From an uncultured Roseburia sp. (GTDB lineage: Bacteria; Bacillota; Clostridia; Lachnospirales; Lachnospiraceae): a stretch of 64,000 nucleotides of DNA. The stretch covers positions 188,968-252,967 of the forward strand of contig CAMQVP010000001.1 in the NCBI GenBank assembly GCA_947038265.1, written 5' to 3'. Under the pieces are notes generated by a model. That model was not told where the DNA came from and ran no database searches. It saw only the letters and a program-made list of their open reading frames with translations. This document shows positions 1 to 9,605 of this stretch, piece by piece (the first letter of the stretch is position 1; every line of letters starts with the position of its first letter). The position numbers were made by a program, and so were the translations under genes.

Positions 1-2691
1 CACGAAGAAATTACATATGATTTGCCGGAATTTACTTTGAATGGGGAAACAAGCCGTGTCGGCTACACACTAAAAGGGTGGGCGGCAAATCCAGACGGTT
101 CTGGCGTTGTTTACGATCTAAACAGCAAAGCGAAATTTGATAAAGACACGACGTTATATGCCTACTGGCTCCCAGAAAATGAAACGGCATATGTAGTGGA
201 GCATTATCAGCAAAACGTAACTGGGGACGGTTATACAAAAATAGAAGCGGATACACAGAATCTGACTGCCGCTACCGACTCTACAGTAGAGGCCGAAGCA
301 AAAACATACATTGGATTTACAGAAAATACGTCACACACCTCAAGGGTAGCCTCTGGCGTTGTAAGCGCCTTAAACACATTGACGCTGAAACTTTATTACG
401 ACAGAGACGCTTATGAAGTGGACTTTAACCTCAATTATAAAGACAGCGGAAACGTTCCAAACGCCCAGACAATTCTATATGGCGGACGGGCAACCCCGCC
501 GGAGGAACCGGAACGGACGGGCTACTCCTTTAAGGGCTGGCACAAAGACCAGAACGGGACAGCCGGAAGCCAATGGGATTTTGAAAACACTGTAGAAACA
601 AACACAAATTCCCGTTTCGTCACGCTGTATGCAAAATGGGCAGATGAAATCGCCCCCGTTTTAGGAGACGCCTCCTTTAACGAAGGTTTCAAAAACTTCC
701 TCAACCAGATTATCCGTAAAAAAAGCCTGATTATCACAGTTCCAGTTACGGAAGAAGGAAGCGGGATCAAAGAAGCGAATTATACATTACTGTCCGAAGA
801 TGAACCCGAAACAAATTCCAAACGCGAAACCTCATCTTCTGGCAAACAAGCCGCCATCGAAACAGATGAAAACGGCCAGACCATTGCTAAAATTGTAATA
901 GATGAAGATTTTAAAGGAAAAGTTTTCTTAACCTGTACCGACCACGCAGGAAATATATCACGGGAAAAATCCATGACGGCAGAAGACGGCAAAATCATTG
1001 TGGAAGACAATGCCCCAGAAATCCGCTTTTCCACAAAAGCTGAAAACGGAGAAGACTGGCATTATGATTCCGCCACCATCAATGTTGTCGTTGAAGATGA
1101 AGCGGCATCGACGGAAGAAAGCCGCGTTTCCGGAGGAATTGCAAGCATTGTCTACACCATTGACGAAGGAACGGAAATTGCCGCTTCAGACAAAGGCTTT
1201 GATGAAGACACCGTGACTTATTGCTGCTTTGACGTTACAATAAAAGAAGCTGGGATTCATACCTTAAGCGTCACCGCAGTAGACCATGCCGGAAACGTAA
1301 CGATCCAGCAAAAATCAGTAGAAATCCGACGGCAGCAACGAAAATATAAAGTGGAGCATTACAGACAGACCCTAAACGGAAACGCCTATGCAAGAGTAAA
1401 AACGGATTCTCAGGAACTTATGGGCGAAATTGGCGCGACAGTTACGGCAGAACCGAAAACATACACGGGATTTACAGAAAACACCTCCCATGAATTAAGA
1501 ACTGCCTCCGGAGTCATAGACGAAAACGGATCGCTGACGCTTAAATTTTATTACGACAGAAACACTTACGAAATCGGATTCGATTTAAACGGTGGAAAAG
1601 GAGAAGCCCCCGCCAAACAGACTGTACGCTATGGCGGATTATTAGAATCAGTAGAAGCGCCCAAAAGAAATGGATACGAATTTAAAGGCTGGTATCTAAA
1701 TACGGCCGGAACCGACGACAGCAAATGGGATTTTTCCCAAACAGCAGAAAACAACATCAGCCAAAATACCGCGACTCTCTATGCAAAATGGGCAGACGAG
1801 ACAGCTCCCGTTTTAGGAGACACGACGTATAACGACGGATACCGGAATGCGCTAAACTATATTATCCGCCGTCCGGAACTGTTCCTTACCATTCCAATTA
1901 TAGAAGAAGGCAGCGGCGTCAAACAGGCTGACTTCACCTTAATGCCGGAAGACGGAGAACTTTCAGAAGGAAAGGCAAAAATCGAAACGGTAAACGGAAC
2001 TGCCACAGCAAAAATTTCAATTACAGATGACTATAAGGGCGTAATCCTGCTTTCCGCAACCGACAATGCCGGAAATGTATCCGCAGAAAAAATAATTACT
2101 GCGGAAGACGGCATTATCGTCGAAGACGACGCGCCGGAAATCAGCTTTTCCACCAAAAACGGCAGTATCTCAGACTGGTTTACAAACCCTGTCACGGTAA
2201 ACGTTTCTGTAAAAGACAATGAAAACCACAGCAGAATTTCAGGAGGGCTTCAAAGCGTCATATACCAGATAGACAATGGCGCGAAAACGCCTGCGCCGGA
2301 CGAAGATTTTAGCAATGAACTAATAGAAGAATGTGATTTTTCCGTTCAAATTTCAACTAAAGGCGAACACTTCTTAAAAGTCACGGCAGTGGATAATCTC
2401 GGAAACGAAACCACCCGTCAGGTAAAAATCAAACTGAAAGAAGCGCCAAAGAAAAAACCAGCTGCAAAAATCACTAATGCCCCTGCTCCTGTCACACAGC
2501 AGGCTCAGGAAACCAATACAATCCAAACAGGAAGCGAACCGCAAACGGGAGATGCTTCCCAAATAGAGTTTTACGTCACGATCGCAATGCTCTCCGGCGT
2601 ACTCTATGTATTTTTCCTCCTTCGGGGAAAAACGCCAAATATTTCTATCTACGGCAAAAAGAAGAAACGCAAAAAGGAAGATAGTGAATGA
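1..2691 (+). CDS. Cell-wall-anchored surface protein with Listeria-Bacteroides (Flg_new) repeats. It is 5'-partial because the frame is open to the window edge. Two tandem modules of about 390 aa are followed by a sorting signal (EPQTGD, hydrophobic segment, then an RGK...KKKKRKK tail).
   Basis: The repeat motifs 'GYTLKGWAANPDGSG...YAYW', 'GYSFKGWHKDQNGT...YAKW' and 'GYEFKGWYLNTAGT...YAKW' are typical of TIGR02543-type repeats. Residues ~53-440 are duplicated at ~443-830 (YVVEHYQQNVTGDGY.. versus YKVEHYRQTLNGNAY..). The C-terminus has an LPXTG-like 'PQTG', a TM helix and a basic tail. No stop codon occurs between position 1 and the ORF start. Confidence 0.7.
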   Translation, partial: HEEITYDLPEFTLNGETSRVGYTLKGWAANPDGSGVVYDLNSKAKFDKDTTLYAYWLPENETAYVVEHYQQNVTGDGYTKIEADTQNLTAATDSTVEAEAKTYIGFTENTSHTSRVASGVVSALNTLTLKLYYDRDAYEVDFNLNYKDSGNVPNAQTILYGGRATPPEEPERTGYSFKGWHKDQNGTAGSQWDFENTVETNTNSRFVTLYAKWADEIAPVLGDASFNEGFKNFLNQIIRKKSLIITVPVTEEGSGIKEANYTLLSEDEPETNSKRETSSSGKQAAIETDENGQTIAKIVIDEDFKGKVFLTCTDHAGNISREKSMTAEDGKIIVEDNAPEIRFSTKAENGEDWHYDSATINVVVEDEAASTEESRVSGGIASIVYTIDEGTEIAASDKGFDEDTVTYCCFDVTIKEAGIHTLSVTAVDHAGNVTIQQKSVEIRRQQRKYKVEHYRQTLNGNAYARVKTDSQELMGEIGATVTAEPKTYTGFTENTSHELRTASGVIDENGSLTLKFYYDRNTYEIGFDLNGGKGEAPAKQTVRYGGLLESVEAPKRNGYEFKGWYLNTAGTDDSKWDFSQTAENNISQNTATLYAKWADETAPVLGDTTYNDGYRNALNYIIRRPELFLTIPIIEEGSGVKQADFTLMPEDGELSEGKAKIETVNGTATAKISITDDYKGVILLSATDNAGNVSAEKIITAEDGIIVEDDAPEISFSTKNGSISDWFTNPVTVNVSVKDNENHSRISGGLQSVIYQIDNGAKTPAPDEDFSNELIEECDFSVQISTKGEHFLKVTAVDNLGNETTRQVKIKLKEAPKKKPAAKITNAPAPVTQQAQETNTIQTGSEPQTGDASQIEFYVTIAMLSGVLYVFFLLRGKTPNISIYGKKKKRKKEDSE

Positions 2692-3431
2692 AAAAACATG
2701 ACAGATTCCAATTTATACGAATCATTCTTCTAGCCATCTTAATAATATGTCTGGTCAAAATCGGCCAGACATATTATTTATCCGTACAACATAAAAAACA
2801 GGCAGAAGAATTAAAGCAAGGCTTTCATACAAAAAAGCCCTCCGCCAAAACAACACGCCAAGATCATTTACAAAAACTAGCAAAAAAAAATGCCGATCTA
2901 ATCGGCTGGCTGAAAATAGAAGGAACTAAAATTGATTATCCCGTCATGCAGTGCCAAGACGACAACTACTATCTCAGCCATGACTTTTACAAAAACGAAA
3001 GCCGTTATGGCTGTCTGTATGTCAAACAAATTGCAGACGTTACCACTCCGGATACAAACTTTATCATATATGGGCATAATATGAAAGACGGTTCCATGTT
3101 TGGAGAGCTCGATCAATATAAAATCCACTCATTTTACGACACACACTCAGAAATAGAGTTTGACACACTGTCCGAAACCCGCCAATACGAAATCCTAGCG
3201 GCATTTCCAACACAAATTTCAAACCAAAAAGACAATTTTCAGTATTACGAATTTTACCATGCCGACACAGAAAAAGAATTTCAAGACTTTTATCAAAACA
3301 TAAAAAAACTTTCCTTATACGATACCGGAAAAACAGCAGAATGGACAGACACATTCCTTACACTTTCCACCTGCGACAACCACACCGAAGATGGAAGATT
3401 CGTCATAGTCGCAAAAAGGAAAAAAAACTAA
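2688..3431 (+). CDS. srtB: Class B sortase
   Basis: An N-terminal membrane anchor is followed by the catalytic-cysteine motif 'TLSTC' near the C-terminus and 'IIYGHN' (His). Its start overlaps the stop of the upstream sorting-signal protein by 4 nt. Confidence 0.8.
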   Translation: MKKHDRFQFIRIILLAILIICLVKIGQTYYLSVQHKKQAEELKQGFHTKKPSAKTTRQDHLQKLAKKNADLIGWLKIEGTKIDYPVMQCQDDNYYLSHDFYKNESRYGCLYVKQIADVTTPDTNFIIYGHNMKDGSMFGELDQYKIHSFYDTHSEIEFDTLSETRQYEILAAFPTQISNQKDNFQYYEFYHADTEKEFQDFYQNIKKLSLYDTGKTAEWTDTFLTLSTCDNHTEDGRFVIVAKRKKN

Positions 3432-3519
3432 CTCCTATATCCCCAATCAAAAAAGAACCGCCGCATTCTCCTTATGCCAAACACATATCCACCCGAATGC
3501 GGCAGTTTCTAATTCCCCA

Positions 3520-4965
3520 TTATTCTTCACGAAGCCTTACCCTCGTTCCGTCTTTAATCTCCTTATCCAATTCAGAATCCGCCACAAACTTCTCCTCCTC
3601 CGTCAAAGCCCCGTCTTCCAAAGCCACATACTCCTCATCTTGGTTTGCAACTTTCACCTTCCGTTTCCTTGCAATCAGCTCTGCGCCAAGAATTGTTTCC
3701 TGTTCCTCAACAAGCAAAACATAATCCGTCCCGCCATCGCTAAACAAAGCCGTCTTAGGAATCGTACACGCATACCGCCCGATCTCTTTGATGATCTCCA
3801 TCTTTCCAAGATCGCCAATCATAATATCCGGATCAGAAATTTTAGCCGTCACCTGACAACTCCCATCTTCCAACTCCCCCACCGCTTCAATCACCACACC
3901 ATTCAGATGCTTTGTCCCCTTCGGAAAAGAAAGGCTCATCGTATCTCCGATTGCAACATAAGACTTCTCCTCCTGTGGCAAAATTGCCTGAAACAGCTTT
4001 TCCCCAGCTGCATCACTTACCACAAGCGCCGAAGTGTCCGCCGTCCGTTCACCCGCCTGAGCCATAATCCTCCCAACAAACCCAGACAATTCGCAAAAAA
4101 CCTTCCCCTCCGCCTGCTTCAAATTCAAAAACTTCTCTTTTTTCTCTTTCAAAAGATGGATCTGATTCTGCTGTTCCAACTTCGTTCCGCTCCCACCATT
4201 ATTCTTCGCATCCTCTAATTCCCTCTGCGCCTGTTTCACCGCCTGTTCACGACTCATATTCGCCTCCCGCACTGCCGCTTCCCCCTCCGCAACCGCCGCA
4301 TCCAAAGCCTGTTTCTCTTTCGCATAACTTTCCGCCAGAGCCGCATCCAAACTTTTCTTATAAAACTCAAACGCTTCCTTCTCCTCTTTCGTCGCCTTCT
4401 TCTTACGGGAAGCTTGAAGCAGCTTCTGATATTCCGCATCCTTCTGATAAGCGCTTTCCCGATACTGTTCTTCCGAAGGAAACGAATCCCTCTCCCTTCT
4501 GGCCGCCTGATACACACCGTCCGCCTGACTAACTGCCCCCGCCGAACTATCCGAAGCATCCTTTAAATCCTGATTTGCCCGATTCACCGCAGCCGCTCCC
4601 GCCGCATTCAATTCCGCAAGCTTCGCTTCCTCCGCCCGAATCTGCAAATCCAAATCTCCAATCAGCCGATCCAAATCCTCCAAATCCAACTGCAAAAGCA
4701 AATCCCCAATCTCCACCTTCTGCCCCTCCACCACACAAACCTTCTCAACCAAAATCCCAGCCTCCACCACCACAGGCGCCTCCTCCTTCGTAAGCACAAC
4801 CCCGTCCGCCAAAATTTTACGCGTCAACGTATGCGTTTCCACCGTTTCCGTCACCACCTTCGGCATCTGCCACGCATAAATCCCCCTCGAAACAATCGTA
4901 CAAACCAACATAAACAGCAAAAACACCGCAAAATATTTCACTGCACGTTCCTTATATTTTCTCAT
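3520..4965 (-). CDS. HlyD / membrane-fusion-protein family periplasmic adaptor (N-terminal TM anchor, biotin-lipoyl-like barrel, long coiled coil)
   Basis: N-terminal TM segment 'YFAVFLLFMLVCTIV'. The 'EGQKVEIGDLLLQLD' barrel motif is followed by about 200 aa of Ala/Glu/Lys-rich coiled coil and a C-terminal beta domain. Confidence 0.5.
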   Translation of the reverse strand: MRKYKERAVKYFAVFLLFMLVCTIVSRGIYAWQMPKVVTETVETHTLTRKILADGVVLTKEEAPVVVEAGILVEKVCVVEGQKVEIGDLLLQLDLEDLDRLIGDLDLQIRAEEAKLAELNAAGAAAVNRANQDLKDASDSSAGAVSQADGVYQAARRERDSFPSEEQYRESAYQKDAEYQKLLQASRKKKATKEEKEAFEFYKKSLDAALAESYAKEKQALDAAVAEGEAAVREANMSREQAVKQAQRELEDAKNNGGSGTKLEQQNQIHLLKEKKEKFLNLKQAEGKVFCELSGFVGRIMAQAGERTADTSALVVSDAAGEKLFQAILPQEEKSYVAIGDTMSLSFPKGTKHLNGVVIEAVGELEDGSCQVTAKISDPDIMIGDLGKMEIIKEIGRYACTIPKTALFSDGGTDYVLLVEEQETILGAELIARKRKVKVANQDEEYVALEDGALTEEEKFVADSELDKEIKDGTRVRLREE

Positions 4966-5485
4966 TACCTACTCCTTATATATATTCTCGATTTTCCATT
5001 TCTTATTTTCCAACTCAAAAAACAAATTCCAACCCATACCCAAACAACCAATGTCCTCAAAAATAAACCATCAATGATCCAAACTTTCTACAACTGCAAA
5101 ACCGCCAATGCTTCACTTCTCCGCCCTTACATATCCGTTCACTTCACATTTTTCACACATAGCCTAAAATCAGTCAACACACTTTTCCATCATTTTACTG
5201 ACAATCCAGCCACAACCGCCAATTCTATTCCAGTTCCCATTTTTTCACCGCCTACATAAAGCCATACCACATCTCACCAAAATCCCTATCCCTTCACCCA
5301 TCACAAATATCAAAAATTACACACTTTACTATTACACTTCCAACCACCCAATCCATATCCACTTCCCCAAAATACCAACACTCCACTATCCACCCCCCAA
5401 CCACCTAATCCATATCCCCACTCCCCAAAATCCAGATTCCAAACTATCCACCTCCCAGCACAACACAAAACCCGCCACTCTCCCT
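4966..5485. promoter_or_regulatory. 520-bp leader/intergenic region that is G-free on the + strand (A/C/T only). It lies upstream of the HlyD-like gene and downstream of the ABC permease.
   Basis: By direct reading, G is almost absent on the + strand across about 500 bp. Spurious Pro-rich and Gly-rich ORFs are called there on opposite strands. Confidence 0.4.
5340..5452. repeat. Two tandem copies of a ~56-bp direct repeat (CCAACCACCYAATCCATATCC...AAACTATCCACC)
   Basis: Unit A is at 5340-5394 and unit B at 5397-5452, about 80% identical. They sit inside the G-free leader. Confidence 0.7.
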
Positions 5486-6325
5486 TCACTCTTTCATCCC
5501 CGAAGCCACAATCCCCTGCTCCAAATAATCCTGTCCCATAAAAAACACAAACACCGCAGGAAGCAACGTAACCACCGAGGCCGCCAGAGCCATGCCCGCC
5601 TTCGCCAGATGAATTTCCGGCAGGTAAAGCGACAACGGCCATAGGGAAGGATCTTCCAAAAACGCCAGCGGCTGTTCCACCAAATTCCAATATTCTAAAA
5701 ACCCCAACACAAGCGCCGATAAAATCCCCGGCGATCCAAGCGGAAGCCCGATTGTAAAGAAAATCTGCCACTCTCCCGCCCCGTCTATCCTCGCCGCTTC
5801 ATATAACTCCTTTGGAATTGCTTTAAACCCCCGATACATTAAAAAAACCGGAAACGTCGAAAATACTGCGGGCAATATCACCGCCCAATGCGTGTTCATC
5901 AAATTCACCCGATCCAACACCAGATAAGAAGGCAGCATCATAACGCTAAACGGCATTAACATCAAAATCACATATGCCATAAATAACGCATTTTTCCCAC
6001 GAAACGAAAACTTTGCAAATCCAAAAGCCGCCGGAACCGCCACAAATAACTGTCCCGCCAAAATACAAGCCACAATCTTCATTGAGTTCCAAAACACCGT
6101 AAAAAACTCTGGAGTATAAAACAACAATTTGATAAAATGTTTTGCCGTCGGATAAAGCGGCAGTAAATGCCATGAAATCTTCCCGCCGCCTGCCCCAATC
6201 ACAGGCAAAAGCGCCGTCATCAATTCCCTGTCGCTTTTAAGCGCCCCTAAAATTACCGCAAGAATAGGAAGGCAAAACAAAAGTCCCACTATAAATAAAA
6301 CAAACCGAAATACTTTTATCCGCAT
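5486..6325 (-). CDS. Carbohydrate ABC transporter permease (MalG-like)
   Basis: Six TM segments and the EAA loop 'EAARIDGAGEWQIFFTIGLPL'. Confidence 0.85.
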   Translation of the reverse strand: MRIKVFRFVLFIVGLLFCLPILAVILGALKSDRELMTALLPVIGAGGGKISWHLLPLYPTAKHFIKLLFYTPEFFTVFWNSMKIVACILAGQLFVAVPAAFGFAKFSFRGKNALFMAYVILMLMPFSVMMLPSYLVLDRVNLMNTHWAVILPAVFSTFPVFLMYRGFKAIPKELYEAARIDGAGEWQIFFTIGLPLGSPGILSALVLGFLEYWNLVEQPLAFLEDPSLWPLSLYLPEIHLAKAGMALAASVVTLLPAVFVFFMGQDYLEQGIVASGMKE

Positions 6326-7168
6326 TTAAGAAAACTCCTCCTTTTCCCACATATTCTGCAGCGCCAGCGAACACAGCGCAAAAAACACGGCAAGCAGCGC
6401 GGCGGCGGCGGAAATTTTATCCATATCCAGATTTGTAAACCAGTTATGAAACAAATGCTGAAGCAAATACATACTTTTTTGGGGATAGGCGCCCGCCACC
6501 AGATACGCTTCCCGAAAAACCTTAAAAGAGTTTAAAAAAGAAAGCATTGTTACCGTATAAAACACAGGCTTAAGCTGTGGCAGAATCATATAGCGGATAC
6601 ACTGCCATTCACTTGCGCCGTCCACCCGCGCCGCCTCCGTAATTGCCGTTGGGATTGCAGACATGCCTGCAAGCCAAAGGACAATCGTATACCCCAGATT
6701 TTTCCAGATATAGCTGATAATCAACACCCAAAACGCCATACCACCGGAAAGCCAGTCTGCCGCTTGTATCTGAAACAATTCCAAAATCTGATTTAAAACC
6801 CCCGCTTTGTGGAAAAAAACTTTCCAGATTAAAACGACGACAGCCGTCGGCACTGCCATTGGCAGCAGATACACAGACTTAAGCAAACGCATATATTTAC
6901 TTTTATAAATCCCAAGCGCCGCCGCAAAGGAGAAAAACAACAGCAAAGGAATCCCCACGCCTGTAAACCAGAGCGTATTTTTCACTGCCAAATGAAATGC
7001 TTCGTTTGCCAAAACCGTTTTATAATTGACAAACCCATTCGAAAACGAAGAAAAAAGCATATAGCCAAACGGGAGAATGACAAAAAGCGTCACTCCCGCT
7101 AAGCTTGGCAGTAAAAACCACCCCCTACTCTGCCAGATAGAGTTCGATTTTTTGAACAATCGCATCAC
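6326..7168 (-). CDS. Carbohydrate ABC transporter permease (MalF-like)
   Basis: TM segments and the EAA loop 'EAARVDGASEWQCIRYMILPQLKP'. The gene abuts the downstream permease. Confidence 0.85.
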   Translation of the reverse strand: MMRLFKKSNSIWQSRGWFLLPSLAGVTLFVILPFGYMLFSSFSNGFVNYKTVLANEAFHLAVKNTLWFTGVGIPLLLFFSFAAALGIYKSKYMRLLKSVYLLPMAVPTAVVVLIWKVFFHKAGVLNQILELFQIQAADWLSGGMAFWVLIISYIWKNLGYTIVLWLAGMSAIPTAITEAARVDGASEWQCIRYMILPQLKPVFYTVTMLSFLNSFKVFREAYLVAGAYPQKSMYLLQHLFHNWFTNLDMDKISAAAALLAVFFALCSLALQNMWEKEEFS

Positions 7169-9491
7169 ACCCTTCTTCGACGCCCATATCCCCTTCTAAC
7201 ACCTTAATGCCGTTTTCCATCACAGCCGAAAGAACCACGCTATCGGAAAGCGATGGAATCTCCAAACCGCTGATTTGCTCTTTCAGCGCCGCAATTTCCT
7301 CCTCACTTGGCCACTGCGCCGAAAAATGCACCGTGCCGCTTTCTTCACCATTTTCAGACACTGTAGCCGCAGAAAATCCATATGAATGGTCAGGATACAA
7401 TGTCTCCGTAAATTTATCATACGCATCTGCATTGACCGGAAACCCATTGTCCAAATCCGCCTTTTGTGTCTCCTCACTCAATAACTCCGCCAAAAACGAT
7501 AGGGCAAGTTCCTTTTCTTTCGTTTTCTCATTGATGCCTGCAATTCCATTTGGCGTAAATAATTTTCCTTCCGCGCCTCCTATAATTTTATAAGACATTC
7601 CCTTTTCCGGTTCCCCGTCCGGGCCTCCTAACGCCATCTGCACATCGGTCATTCCACTTAATTTCCCCAAGATAAACGATTGATTGCCGGAAACCACATC
7701 AAACAGGCTTCCTGTGTCCACCCTAAGCGTTTCTAAAGGCGACTGAATGCCGGATTCGCCATACCATGTCAGGCTTTTATTATGATTGTTTAATTTTTCT
7801 TCCGTAATATTCTGCTGCTCCGCCTGATAAATTTCACTTGCCTGCTCCAGAAAATGTTTCACCGCGCCTTCATCTAATTTCTTCTCTGGCGCCTCTCCAT
7901 CTGTTCCGCTATAGACTAAAAAAGAATCCGAACCTGCCAAAAATAAACGGTTCAACAGTTCTTCCGCAGTGTATGTCCCTAATACAGTAGTCGCATTTGG
8001 CAGATCTTCTCTCGCTTTTTTCACAATGCCTGTCAATGATGAAATACCAGAAATTTCATCTGCCTTCCCTTTTTGGGCAACTAAAACCGGAATTTGATAA
8101 CGGAACGGAACGGCATACAGCCCGCTGTCCGTCTGGTATGCGCGTAAAATATTTGAAAAAAATTGATTTGATTTTTCCAATTCCCCAATCACTTCCTCTA
8201 AATTTGCCAGCATTCCTTTTTCAATATAAGAATCCATCGGCATTTGATCTAACAGCAAAATATCAGGCCCTTCCCCCGCTAAAAGTTTCGTGTTCAAATT
8301 TTGGATTGCATCTTCCCTTGTCATGCCATAATCTCCGGAAATGCCGATTTCCTGTTTTACAAAAACGTCTGGATGGTTTTTGCGGAATATACTGACTGCC
8401 TTACTGATTAGCATATTCTGCTCTAAACTATAAACTGTAATCTGCTGCGTCGGAACGGAAGGAACGTCTTTATCATACTGATACAAATCAATTTCCCCAT
8501 CATCGTACGCCATCAAAAAACTGTTATCCCCGTTCTTTAAAATAGAAACAACATTTTTCGTCGGGTCGCTAAGGTTCGACATGCCACCGTCTAACAATTT
8601 CTCCATAACGCTTCCGCCCACTACATGGCTGTAAAGACCGTCTGCCGACGCAAGATACATCGTCTGATCCCCACTGTCAAAGCAAACCGCAATCCCACGA
8701 TTATCCTTAAACGCCTCCTTCAGATAATCGCAAAGCGTCAAATCCTCTACCGTGGCTTTTGCAGAAATCTGGTACAGCCACTCATCTGACATTACATAGT
8801 CCCCTGCTGTAAACATATGACCTAATCCGCTCATCGTTACATCGCCGGTTTCCACAGTTTCCGGCAGACTCATCGGCGTTATGGCATTCGTATCCAAGTC
8901 AATTTGGTACGCGTTCCCTCCATTCATAAATGCAGTCAGCTGGCGCTCTCCTATAAACTTTGCTTCAGACAAATAGAAGTTATAACTGCCCGTCTCGTCA
9001 GTCAAAGAAATTTCTGCGGCATTGCCGTCTTTGTCAATATAATAATAAATCTCACCTACGCCATCCCCCTGCGCGCTGCCCCAGTCTACATAAGAGAAAA
9101 AAATGCCGCCGTCAGGCGCAATCGCCATACTGGTGATATCAATTTTCTCATTTGACAGAAGTTCCGCCAAGACCGGAATCTCTTTCGTTTCCCATGAATC
9201 CCCATTGTCCGCCGATGTATGCAAATCCCCTGAAGAAGGATTGATAAACGCCACGCTTCCATCAGACAGCCTTACCATTTCCTCAATCGCATTCACGCCG
9301 TCGGGCGTCTCTTTTAAAATTTCCACATAACGGCCTTTTGCCGCCTCTTTGTCACTTTCATCCGCTGTGTCCAAACCGCCAGAATCCATATCCGCCAGAT
9401 CCGTTTTTCCGCCGCTTCCACAGCCGGCGGCGCCCATTACAAACGCTCCTGTAAGCAGCCATGCAGCCGCGCATTTCCATAATCTTCTCAT
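7125..9491 (-). CDS. Lipoprotein: extracellular solute-binding protein (sugar ABC, family 1) fused to a ~330-aa N-terminal domain of unknown function
   Basis: Lipoprotein signal 'LLTGAFVMGAAGCGSGG'. The C-terminal ~430 aa is SBP-like. The protein is 788 aa, against ~430 for a typical SBP. It overlaps the first permease gene. Confidence 0.6.
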   Translation of the reverse strand: MRRLWKCAAAWLLTGAFVMGAAGCGSGGKTDLADMDSGGLDTADESDKEAAKGRYVEILKETPDGVNAIEEMVRLSDGSVAFINPSSGDLHTSADNGDSWETKEIPVLAELLSNEKIDITSMAIAPDGGIFFSYVDWGSAQGDGVGEIYYYIDKDGNAAEISLTDETGSYNFYLSEAKFIGERQLTAFMNGGNAYQIDLDTNAITPMSLPETVETGDVTMSGLGHMFTAGDYVMSDEWLYQISAKATVEDLTLCDYLKEAFKDNRGIAVCFDSGDQTMYLASADGLYSHVVGGSVMEKLLDGGMSNLSDPTKNVVSILKNGDNSFLMAYDDGEIDLYQYDKDVPSVPTQQITVYSLEQNMLISKAVSIFRKNHPDVFVKQEIGISGDYGMTREDAIQNLNTKLLAGEGPDILLLDQMPMDSYIEKGMLANLEEVIGELEKSNQFFSNILRAYQTDSGLYAVPFRYQIPVLVAQKGKADEISGISSLTGIVKKAREDLPNATTVLGTYTAEELLNRLFLAGSDSFLVYSGTDGEAPEKKLDEGAVKHFLEQASEIYQAEQQNITEEKLNNHNKSLTWYGESGIQSPLETLRVDTGSLFDVVSGNQSFILGKLSGMTDVQMALGGPDGEPEKGMSYKIIGGAEGKLFTPNGIAGINEKTKEKELALSFLAELLSEETQKADLDNGFPVNADAYDKFTETLYPDHSYGFSAATVSENGEESGTVHFSAQWPSEEEIAALKEQISGLEIPSLSDSVVLSAVMENGIKVLEGDMGVEEGCDAIVQKIELYLAE

Positions 9492-9605
9492 CTTTAAATC
9501 CTCCTTTATTTTTCAAATAGAAAAGCGTGTCAGAAACATCATTTCCAACACGCCCTAGCTTAACAAAGAAATCTTTAAATTATCTCTAAAAACAACCCAT
9601 CAATC

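Noticed and set aside
3440-3510. Inverted repeat 'gccgcattc...gaatgcggc' between the sortase and HlyD-like genes as a terminator
   Set aside because: The loop is 29 nt with no clear U-tract, so it is too weak to call.
4575-4793. Proline-rich 72-aa ORF on the + strand (and a Gly-rich 153-aa ORF at 5310-5771 on the - strand)
   Set aside because: These are artefacts of the extreme C/A-rich, G-free composition. They are low-complexity translations that overlap the HlyD-like CDS and leader. They have no RBS.
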